Assembly: GCF_018977255.1 (NCBI RefSeq)
Contig: NW_024704742.1
Span: 78,804,001 to 78,868,000, forward strand
Origin: Callorhinchus milii
Lineage: Eukaryota
Length of the DNA stretch: 64,000 nt
Direction of reading: 5' to 3'
The position numbers and the translations under genes are program-made. The notes below the pieces were generated by a model. It made no database searches and had not been told where the DNA came from. It saw only the letters and a list, made by a program, of their open reading frames with translations. Shown here in pieces: positions 14,001 through 26,000 of the stretch; the first letter of the stretch is position 1; each line of letters opens with the position of its first letter.

Positions 14001-17000
14001 AAAGATTCTGGTATAGCAATGGTCCATAGTACACAGCCCATGCTATAAGCGGACTTATGCTAAACTGGGGTACATTATAAGGTTGGCTTGTATGTGACTA
14101 TTGAGCAAGTGTGGGTATTTACTGAGGTTCCTTACCGTTTGGGGGCAGGTGTCAGGCGAGACATTCCTGTAGTCCGTGCTTTCTGATAACTCCCTTTTCC
14201 TCAGCTTACTCCCATTGCTGTGCAGGAATGTAGACACACAGCCTGAAAACCACCCAAGCCTGCGGGTAACAAACTTCCTTTAGATTTAATGAAACTAGTG
14301 GTTGTATTGGCAGTGAATCACATCCTGCTCCTTCTTCAGATGGAACAATTAAGACCACTCCTTCCAAGAAAACTAATTACATCTATTATGGGGTTGAGTT
14401 AGCAGCATTTGCAAATATTCATCTAATGGACAAACTATAAAAAGACAATTAACTGTAACCAGTGCAGACAATCAGGAAGGAGTCCCTGATAAAAAACGGA
14501 TGGAAATTAACCCCAGTTTCTTCACCCGCATATTTTTTGTATATTACAAAGCTGATTGCCAAAATTTTCACCTGAAATTGCGTGATGTGCTGCTAAATTC
14601 AATAGAGTGTGTGTAAAAATAAGCAGGATCACCAAGACAAGCAAGGCTGAGTCCATGACTTATTACAAAGCACTACTCAGTGACAGTGAGAATAGGAAAA
14701 ATGTTTTGCTGTTAAAACTTCCCTATTCATGTCAGTGGGTAGGACTTCATGACATCAAAGCAGTGAGATGGGGGGTGGGGAAGAATTCTACATACAAATG
14801 TCTCTTCTCAGACAGTCTGTAATCATAAAATGCAACAAGAAACATTGATTAAGAATTACCTTCAAATGTAAATATCTATTTGTGTACTTCCCATTAATTT
14901 TAACATGATTTCATCCTTGATACTATTCCTCACTGCCTGTCATTCACCTCAGATAGCCCATTTTTCATCAACTTGCCTTAACTAAAATTTTCATTTTATG
15001 CAAATACGTCTTTTCATTGCTTCAGGTTTTTAGTAAGATACAGTTCACATAAATTCTGTAGCTCAAAGAAGACAAAAAGAAGACAAAGGAGAGAATGTAG
15101 AGAATGTGTTAGTTGATGGGTTAAAGAGGTGATAGTGGAGTAAAATATAAGGGGGGTGTGGTGGGTTAAAACAAAACTGGGGAGAAGAGGTGTTAATAGT
15201 ATTCTTTGTCATCTTGTCCTGCCTCCCCCTCTCAATTTGTTCTTAAAAACCTCTCCCTCCCAACATGCCCCAGTTCTGACGAAGGGTCGTGGACCCGAAA
15301 CATTGACTCATTTTCCTTTCTCCGGAGATGCTGAGTTTTCCCAGCTCTCTCTGAGGTTGTACCTCAAATCGGGACTAGGGACTAGGTTGACACTTTAACT
15401 CATTGGTGAGGTTGTGCTGCATTATCAGAGGTGCCATCCTTTGGATGAGACATGGAACTGCTTATGCAGGTGGATGCTAAAGATTTCACGACCATATTTG
15501 AAAAAGAAGGGAGTTTCTCCTGGTGTCCTGATCAACAAATCCCCAGATAAAATTGGTTATTCATTTCATTATGTGACACTGCTGTGTGCAAATTGGCTGT
15601 TGTTTTTGCCCCAAGATATGCAGTTACTGTAATTCCTGGGAAGCATTTTGAGATATTTTGATGATGTGATTAGGTGCTATATGAAATGCAAAATCGTTAT
15701 TAATGTTATTAATGAAGTGTAAATTGAATAAGACATGAACCCTGAGAGCACACCTGTATCTAGCTTTGAAAGGACACATTTTAAGTGAGATGCTGCTCAT
15801 TGATATTCCTGCCATCACCCTGGTTCTTATTGTTGCAACAGCTTGCCAGAAGTCTCCCTAATCCACCTGCATGGCACAAGCACAGTTTTGATCGCTCTCT
15901 CCCCCAATTCGTCCACCTTTCCCCCTCCTTCCCCTCTTTTAGATCACACTCCAAGTGAAGGACATTATATAAAAGCAAGTTGTTGATCAATGTTCTGGGC
16001 CTGGAGGTCCCCTTGTCTATACCCTGTCCTGTAGCTCCTGTAGGTTAGAGCACTCACTTTGCAAGCGAGAGACCTGAGTTCAATTCCAGGCACAGGGCGA
16101 AACCTTGGGCAAGTTTCCTTATTCCACACGCCTAATAATAATCCCTCCAAAACCCAAAACAATAATAAATTGGTCATTTTCAATCCACGACTGTTTGTGG
16201 GACATTGCTGTGCGCAATTGGCTGCCGCGTTCGCCCACAAATACACAGTCAATTCACTTTACAGAGTGTTCTGTGAAGCGCTTTGGGACGTCCTCCCGAT
16301 GTGAAAAGTGCTATATCAAATGCAAGGATTATTATTTATTATTATTACCCATGAAGCCAAATTCCAACTCCCACTGGACCAACCTATTCATGCCCAGATT
16401 TTTACAGAGAGGAGGAATCTCGGCTGCCTCAACCTCATTATCTCTTTAAAATAATTTTTTTTGTTGCTCAGTGAACAAAGTGCCACTGGGTGGTGCCAAT
16501 GCACAAGAGAGAGAAGACAGATGCAAACTGCCTTCTGAGCTTTCTGATTTAATTGATACTCTGTGTGTTTGTGGGTGTTCATGGGGGTGGGGAGGGAGAA
16601 GAGAATGTCAAAAAATTAGTAGAGACAAACCACTCCAGGGAGAAACTGTAGGAAAATAACAGTCTCTCTAAGGGGAATCTTACACAGCTAAAAATGTATC
16701 TTGTGGAAGAAATATTCAGCTGGTTGGTAAAGCTACAGATTTTGGAAGTGTGGACTTATAATGGAATTTCCTGATGCCAGCAAGGTCTGTAACTTTTCTG
16801 ATCGGTGGAATTTAATCACCAGGGCACTAAAGGAATGCATGGCTTCAGCACATACTCTCCAGCACAGTTTGCCAAAGCTGTCAGAGAAATCAGGCATTTA
16901 GTCAATAGAATACTGTGGAAAGTGGATGTACAACTCCCCAGGACAGAGGAATTGATATACTAGATGCATAATCACTTAGATCACTGAATAAATCAAATTG

Positions 17001-20000
17001 AAAACTAAGTGAGCACTGAGACAAAGGCAATTACCAAGTGTATGTCATACACCCAACCTAGACCTATTTTCAGAGCTGAGTTCCATCAAATAAGACTTGA
17101 GGAGATTCAGTTACGGCAAGGAGCCCTGGTCAGAATATTGAGAAGTCTTGAGAAGAATGGTATTTTTGTTGAGGGAGAGGGAAATGCTCTCACATAAATC
17201 ACAGTTCTACTTTTCTGACTGGTTATAAAGGAGTATTGCACTGAACTTCACCTGGGGTGTGCTTTATAGCCACCTCATCGTGCATTAAAAAATAGTGCTT
17301 ATAATGGAATTTCCCAATTGTTGGCTTGTGCCCACAAGGTAACTTCTCAGATCAGTGGGATTTGATCTTCAGGGCACCACAAAAGGAATGGAATCCTTCA
17401 ACAGCAACAACTTGCATTTATATAGCGTCCCTCATGCAGGTTAGTGTCCCAGAGTGCATTCGGTCTAGATCAACAGGCCAGTGGTGATTTGATGATTCAA
17501 AAGTCCAATGTTTTACACAGGAATGAACATGGCAGCCAATTTGCACATAGCGATGACCCACAGACAGCCAAGAATTGAATGGCCAGGTTTATCTGGAGGA
17601 CTGATGGCTGGGACCCCAGAAGAAACTTGTTTCATTTTTCATTGTGATATCAATTCTCCACAATATCTTCCCTAACCTCCCTGCAATTACAACATCAACT
17701 GTCGATTTTCATTTGAGTCCAACATCCAGGCTTTGACCACTCAGTTGTTAATTACCCTATCTATAAAGAAATATTGTACATCCTGGTGTTCTGAAACTAC
17801 CCTTCACAACTCTGAAACTGTACCCTCTTGTTTTGTTGACCTGACGTATCCGAAAATATTATTATGTGCTGACTTTCTCAATACCATTTAGAATCATATA
17901 TGCAGGACAATTGTACCTTGAGTTTGCATTTTTTTCCAATGCTCCAAACAGAAATTCTCCAGCAGTCATTTCAATCCATTCTGATAGTTTCATGACTTGT
18001 GAGTCAACATCTGACCGAAGTAAATCTAGATCTAAAACATCCATCTGGAGAGAAGTGCTCTCTCTGTCCCATGTGATGGTGACCTGGAAGAGAGGCAAAT
18101 AACAACAACTACAACGACTTGCATTTCTATAGCACCTTTAACATCGGTAGGATGTCCCAAGATGTTGGACAATGAGAGGTTTGAATCCAAGTTAAGGGAT
18201 AGGATCAGAGAAGTGGAGGGCAAGAGGGAGTGGAGGAGGGAAGATGACTGTGTCGAAAAGGAAGATAATGATGATGAGGAGGAGGAGGAGTCAAGGGAGG
18301 AGGCCAGCCGAGGAGAAATTCTGGGATGGAGTTGCAGAGGGTGGGAGTAGAAAGATTGAAGGCCTGACTGCCAATACTGGAGCAGGCAGGATGGGGGACT
18401 TGAAGAGGCCATTGCCTGCAGAGCAGTGGTAGCGAACATTTTGGTGAAGTTTTAATAGGCCACAGAGATAGGGTGGAGCAAGACCATGGAAGGCTTCAAA
18501 GGTGAGGACAAGAATCTTGAACGTGATCCACTGGGGAATGGAGAGCCAGTGAAGCCAGATGAGGGTTGGGGGACCCGATTACAAACTTTAGTAAGTGAAT
18601 AACAATGAAACTGAATTAATTTTTACTTTTGTTGAATCACACATGAATTTGTTCGACTTCAATTTTCTTAGTTTCCCAAAACGTCCTGGCTGCACTGCAG
18701 GCTCCTTCAACTGGAACAGCAAGAGAGTAACTGCCAGGGTGTCTCCACCATTTCTGTAAATGGCCAGCAAGAGGTAAGCTTATAACACTGATCACTTCTG
18801 GATCTTTGTCCTGTTTTTCTTTAGGTCGGCTCGGTGCCTGACACAAGCCAATCAGCAAATCTATTGGGAATCCCATTCACGAATGGACATTTCTGCGTGG
18901 CTGGTATGGAGCATGCAGTCTCTCCATGTGAAGGGATGCATCACACTTACCTAATCCCTGAGAGTTTAAATGCAAAATACAAAAATAGGGAGATTTAGAG
19001 GATAAAATTGGATTATAAGTTTTGGGCTACAATAGTTTTCTTGAATACCCAAAATTGCTATGTTAGAAGCCCAACTGGTTATTGGTAAAAATTAACTGGA
19101 TTATTGGATGTAGACCTTTGTTGTGGTTCTGCCGTCTTCAATTCTGGCAATATAAATGAGCTTTGCTTTGATACATTTGCATTTGATTTAGCACCCATAA
19201 TGTCTCAAAGCTCTTTATAATATTTTTTTAAATTGTAGTGATTGTTTATTGATAGGCAAAATCTGCAACCAATTTGCACAGATTCGAGATTATGAGCCAA
19301 AAGTCCCAAAATGGGTTTGAACCCACAACCTTTGGACCCACAGGTAAGGGTGCTATCAACTGAGCCAGGCTGACTCCTATATGATGTGATTACAACAACA
19401 ACAACAACAAGATTCCATTTATAAAGCGCCTTTCACGTCAGGAGGACGTCCCAAGGCGCTGCACAGTTGGGTCATGACCCGAGCAGGGGGGAAATGGTCA
19501 GGGTGAGGGGAGGGAAGGGAGGGAGCGAGGAGGGGGGAAATGGTCAGGGTGAGGGAAGGGAGGGAGCAAGGAGGGGAAATGGTCAGGGTGAGGGGAGGGA
19601 AGGGAGGGAGCGAGGAGGGGGAAGAGAGTCGAGAGGGGAGCTGAAGGCTCGGTCAAAGAGAAAGGTTTTGAGACCGGCCTTGAAGGAGGAAAGGGAGGAA
19701 GCGGCGAAGGCACTGGGGGATGGAGTTCCAGAGCCTGGGGGCTGAGAGGCTGAAGGCCCGACCACCGATGGTAGGGCGGTTGGGGCGGGGGACGTGGAGC
19801 AGACCAGAGCCAGAGGAACGGAGGGTACGGGCAGGTAGGTAGGGGGATAGTAGGTTGGAGAGGTAGGAGGGAGCAAGGCCGTGAATGGCCTTGTAGGTGA
19901 GGATGAGGATCTTGAAATCAATCCTCTGGGGGATGGGGAGCCAGTGGAGGCGAGCGAGGGTGGGAGTGATGTGGTCGCGAAGCCTGGTGCGGGACAGTAC

Positions 20001-23000
20001 ACGAGCTGCAGAGTTCTGAATGACCTGCAGCTTGTGGAGGGAGGTGGCGGGAAGGCCGGCGAGGAGAGAGTTCCCATAGTCCAGCCTTGAGGTGACAAAG
20101 GCGTGGACCAGGGTTTCAGCAGCGTGAGGGGTGAGGTAGTGCCGTAGTCTGGCGATGTTCCGAAGGTGATGGAAGGCGGTGCCAGTTGTAGTGCGGATGT
20201 GAGGGAGAAAGGACAGCTCAGGGTCGAACAAAACGCCGAGGTTCCTGACTGGCTTTGAGAGGTGGAGAGTGCAGCCTTGGATGCTGATGGTGTCAGCGCC
20301 TGAGGTGCGGAGGCGCTGACGTGAGCCAATCAGGAGGGCCTCGGTTTTTCGCACGTTGAGCTGAAGAAAGTTGTCTCTCGTCCAGGACTCGATGTCGGAC
20401 AGGCAGGCTGTCAGGACATCGGTGGTCGTGGAGTTGAGAGTAGAGGAGGAAAGGTAGAGTTGGGTGTCATCCGCATACATGTGGAAGTTAACTCCATGTC
20501 TGCGGATGATGTCACCGAGGGGGAGCATATAGAGGGTGAAGAGGAGGGGACCGAGGACAGAGCCCTGAGGGACACCACATGAGACAGTACGGGGGGTGGA
20601 GGAGAAGCCATTCGTTGAGACAAAGTGAAGACGGTGAGAAAGGTACGACCTAAACCATTCAAGGACAGTGCCTTGAAGGTTTAGGTGGGAGGACAAGCGG
20701 TGGAGTAGGATAGCGTGGTCGACCGTATCGAATGCTGCCGATAGGTCGAGGAGGACGAGGAGACAGAGGGAGCCCTGGTCACAGATGGTCAGGATATCAT
20801 TGGTGACCTTGACCAGGGCAGTTTCTGTGCTATGGGCAGCACGGAAACCTGACTGAAGGGGTTCAAAAAGAGAATGGGTGGAAAGGAAAGAGCGCAGTTG
20901 GGAGGCAACAACTCTTTCCATTACATTTGACCTTAAGAGTAACATTATATAACTCATGCAATATTGATTTTGCACTATCTTGTGAGACCCATGTATAAAA
21001 TAAATTGTTCTGTTCAATATCAAAGGTAGATCCATATGAAGATAGTTGCAGAACATAATACTATGTAATGATTTGTTTCATGTTTGGCGTTTTCAGGTGA
21101 AGTGATAAATATCTTCCCATACCTGGTGCCAGTGGCCAAGGTTGACTGGATGTTTGGTGACAAGTTTGGAATTGCGTTTACTATCTAGTCCTTGCTGGAT
21201 AGTAAGATGTCCTTCCTCCAGTAGTAAGAGCCATGGATCATAGGAATTTGCAGTATCAGCCAATGTCAGGAGGACTCCGTAGGATGCGAGTGTATAGAAG
21301 CGCAAGGATAATGTTGCCGACTCACCAAAGTGAAAGTCTTGCAATGGCAGAGACAAGTATCCAAAGCCATGAAAACTGGTACCTGGAACAATAAGAAGTT
21401 TACAAAAGCAAACCATTAACTGGGATGTTCACTTCACATGCAAGGCGGTATATCAAATGGAATAATTATTATTTTATTATTATAATAAAGCCTTTCATGT
21501 CGGGAGGATGTCCCAAAGAGATTCAGAGGATATACCGTAAGGTGCAGTGACTGTGTGTTCTGTGGGCAAATTATGGTTCAAGTTTACATGCCAGTCACAT
21601 AGCTCTACAAATCCAGGTTTGCACTATCTGAAATAGTTACAAAGCAAAAGCAGATGTTTCAAATGCAGACATTAAAATTCTGCTGGTGACAAAGGCAATG
21701 TTAGGAATATATTGCTGGAAGTTCAGTAATTTGGCTAATGGGGTGTGTGCAGTTTGTGTGAGACATCTCCTAGTTTTCCTTTCTCTCCTAACCCACTTTG
21801 TTATTAAATCTATTTTCACAAATTTGCTTCACACAAAAGCTAACACAGAAACAGTGTTCCACGTACAGCATTACACCAGAACAGCACTGTCCAGCTTCAG
21901 CATGATGTTTGGGAAGCTCATTGACTAACGCATTAGACAGATACAATCCCCAGACTTGGGCTGCATCTGAAAATAAATCTTTGCTTTCTCAGCTCAATCT
22001 CTTCTACCAAGATTGTCGGTAGCACTTGCTTTTCTGGTCCGGAAGGTGGTATATATAAGCACCATATCAGGAGCTCATGGTCTCAGCTGAGACTATAGTG
22101 CAGTAATGAGGAGCACTTGTTGTAGATGCTTTCTTTTGGATGAAACTTTAAGCCTGTCTGCCTGTAGTCCTTAAATGGTTGTTAAGTGCTTTGAGACGTC
22201 CTTCCGTGGGTACGTTTAAATCTAAATTGTATTGTATTCTATTGTACAATACAATTTACATTTATATAGCACCCTTCTGAGGTTTCGAAGCACGACAATG
22301 CTGGCTGGGCATTCAAATTGGGGATGGGAGTCAAAGTGGGTGGGGGGGGTTGGGCCCAATGATTGTAAAAGCTGTGAAGATCCCATTAAACCATTTGAGA
22401 ACCAAAGGGATTTTCTCCTGGCATCTTGGCAAATAATCCTTCAGATAAACTAGTCATTCACCTCATGAATTATCTTATGTCGTAGCTGCAGCATGTGTTG
22501 TTTAGCACCTGGCGATATGTTATAATTGGCGTTTTCCAATGAGATCGATCCAATCTCATATCAAATAATAATAATAATAATCCTTGCATTTGATATAGCG
22601 CTTTTCACGTCGGGAGGACGTCCCAAAGCGCTTCACAGAACACACTGTAAAGTGAATTGACTGTATATTTGTGGGCGAACGCGGCAGCCAATTGCGCACA
22701 GCAATGTCCCACAAACAGTCATGGATTGAAAATGACCAATTTATTATTGTTTTTGGTTTTGGAGGGATTATTATTAGGCTCTGTGTGGAGTAAGGAAACT
22801 TGCCCAAGGTTTCGCCCTGCCTGGAATTGAACTCAGATCTCTAGCTTGCAAAGCGAGTGCTCAACCACTGAGCTACAGGACTCCACAATGCATTATGAAT
22901 CACTGCAAATTTCACCCCATCACCTCAGAAATAACATTAACCTCATGGACACCAACGTTCATCAATCCCCATTGAACACAACATTTATTTCCCTTGGTCT

Positions 23001-26000
23001 AATAACTTCATCACGTTCTCACAATAATCCTGGAACCTTGGAAGAAAGAAGAACACCTCATTCATAAATCACTTCTGACCTTTGCTGATAACGTGTTATC
23101 GGCAGAAGTCCCTCAATTCTATCCTTTATCATCAACTCCTTTCCCTGCTGCTGAATCTACACACACTGGCTTATAAATCTCTCCACGTCTGCCCTTTTTA
23201 ATGGTCAGCACCACTTTAATCAGCCTCCTGGTATCTCTGAGCTAGTGAATATTTCTCTGTCTCTCCCCATGTTTCCTGCTTCCCTTCCTTTAGAATCATT
23301 GGATGCATTCCATTCCAAACATTCGTGTTGTTTATTCAATGTTTCCCCACTCCCCTCATGTTATTAAATCAACGTTTGCTCTATTAATATCTATCTTTGC
23401 TCAGCTCCTGCCATTAAAGCTCCCATCATCTTTGCTCTGGGATCAGTAATGTCATTAAAATCAACAGTGAGAATCCATTTGCACCTTCATTCTCGGTATA
23501 ATCTCCCAAACTAATCTGTCACACTCTCATCGTTCAGCAGCACAAACTGTTGTCTAATGTTATGCCTATTATGAAAAAAAACTCTTCAAAAAAATCCACA
23601 AGGGACACTAAAATTATCTACCCTACAAAAATGTTTTTCAATTTCTGATTTAAATTATTCATACCACTACTCCTTTTGTTTAATCTTCTCTCAACAACCC
23701 AGTGTTTGAGCAGTACCTTCGTTCACCTGTTGCTCTTTACTAACAACTACAATCTAATAAAAATGGAAATGGGCAACTTCGTTGGACAAGTCCCTGGTTG
23801 AAGCCTAACAATAAGATCGATTAATGTCCCTCACGAAGGCACGAGATCTGAATTGCCAACTTCAAAAAGTCCCCAGCACAAAATGATTAGACTAAAGAAG
23901 GGGATGACTTTATTTGAAGTTCTTTCAGTGCAAATAACAAATCCTTTTGAGATATGATATCAAGGCCTGAGTGACAGGATCTCAACCCACATTGCTATTT
24001 ATCCTTCACTCCAACATGACCAATTGGATCACAAGCAATGACTGTGCTCGCTTGCAACTCAGATGGTGGTTTATAAACACTTTATTTTGCAGGCAGAGAA
24101 TGAAATAACATTCAAAGGTAATGGAAATATTATCTATTGTGGCCAGAGAACCGTGAAAGAAACAAAAAACTTCACTAATGTAATATTGTGCTGGATAATG
24201 GCATTGAGATTTGGAAAACCACAAGCACACACCTAATATAAACTTCACAAATTTAGAAAATGATAATAATAATCCTTGTGTTTGATATGCGGCCTTACCG
24301 CATCTTTGCGATGTCTCCAAGCGCTTCACAGGATATACTCTGTAGTGACTATGGATTTTGTAGGCAAATGTAGCAGCCGATTTGTGCGCAGCAAAGGCCC
24401 CCAAAAAACCATGAATGAACAATTTTATCTGAGAGGTTGTTAGCCAGGATGTCTGCCTAGGATCTTATATGTCCGCTTAATCAGACAGAAGGGATCTTGG
24501 CTTAATATCTCATCCAAAATTGCACCTCTGATAATGCAGCATCTCTACTATTCACTTCAGCAGCACTTGAGTGTCAGCGTAGCCAGTGAGCTCAACACCA
24601 CAATGCTGGGCTTAAACCTTCTGACTTTTGCCAAACCGTGCTCCCAATGCAAGTTAAGTGGCTTCAGAATAATTTTAAGCACGGTAATTGGTTTTCATAA
24701 GTGTTCATTGGTTTTCATAGGTGTCCCCTACCTACCTGCCCGTACCCTCCGTTCCTCTGGCTCCGGTCTGCTCCACGTCCCCCGCCCCAACCGCCCTACT
24801 ATCGGTGGTCGGGCCTTCAGCCTCTCAGCCCCCAGGCTCTGGAACTCCATCCCCCAGTGCCTTCGCCGCTTCCTCCCTTTCCTCCTTCAAGGCCGGTCTC
24901 AAAACCTTTCTCTTTGACCGTGCCTTCAGCTCCCCTCTCGACTCTCTTCCTCCTCCTCGCTCCCTCCCTTCCCTCCCCTCACCCTGACCATTTCCCCCCT
25001 GCTCGGGTCATGACCCAACTGTGCAGCGCCTTGGGACGTCCTCCTGACGTGAAAGGCGCTCTATAAATGGAATCTTGTTGTTGTTGTTGTTGTTCAGACA
25101 CCCGGTTGGCTAGAAAATTAATTCTCGATAATCAACCAGAATCAGTAAGATAAACGTAAGAGAAGTGTTTGAGGATTAGCATAATAGCTGAATAGCTGCA
25201 CTCATAGGAACATAAATAGGATTGATAAAATATAACCACTCATAGGAATAGAGAAAGCTGAGCATGCTTTCCCATTTAGCTAGTTCATGGCAGTTGTTTA
25301 TCGCATTTCTGAAGAGATTTTCCTGCATTCAGAATTTTCAAGCTCTCAGATCCCAAAATGCCATTTATAAAATCGGTGAATTATTCTTATTCTGGATTTG
25401 CAATTTCAGTCCAGCCACAAAGCCGCTATTTTAAAGATTTAGGGCTTTGTTTTTGAATTCTGTGATGATTCCAAAGATTATCATTGCATCACATTGAAGT
25501 AAAAAGTGTGGAATCTCGTAGCGTAGTGGTTAGAGCACTTGCCTTGCAAGCAACAAGACCTGGGTTCAATTCCTGGGCAAGGCAAAACCTTAAGGCAAGT
25601 TTTCTTACTCCACACGCCTCTGTTTACCTATTAGTAAGTAGGAACCCGGTTGTTAGTTGATTGGCGGATTGCTTTCAGAGTAATAATCCCTTGAAAAAAT
25701 AAATAATATAATTATTTGGTCACTTAATCCATGACTGTTTGTGGGACATTGCTGTGCACAATTGGCTGCTGCGTTTTGCCCCAAAATTATATTATCAATT
25801 CACTTTATAGTATATTCCGTGAAACACTTTGAGACATCTTAACAACGTGATAAGGCACTATATCAAATGCAAGGATTATTATTCACTCACCACAGTAAGT
25901 TAATTTGATCTCTTTCTGTATATTTCTGTGTTCACAAATCACAGATGTCCAACATGGCCTTAGAGTAGATTGGACTTTAAAAAAAAAGTATTCATAAGAC

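Noticed and set aside
14195..14209. KLRKR as a furin site like that in laminin alpha2
   Set aside because: It lacks the P4 arginine of R-X-K/R-R, so it is only a basic patch.
19653..21056. 467-aa ORF as a host gene
   Set aside because: It is a 5'-truncated L2 ORF2. The first 45 or so codons are chance read-through from flanking intron, and the endonuclease domain is missing.
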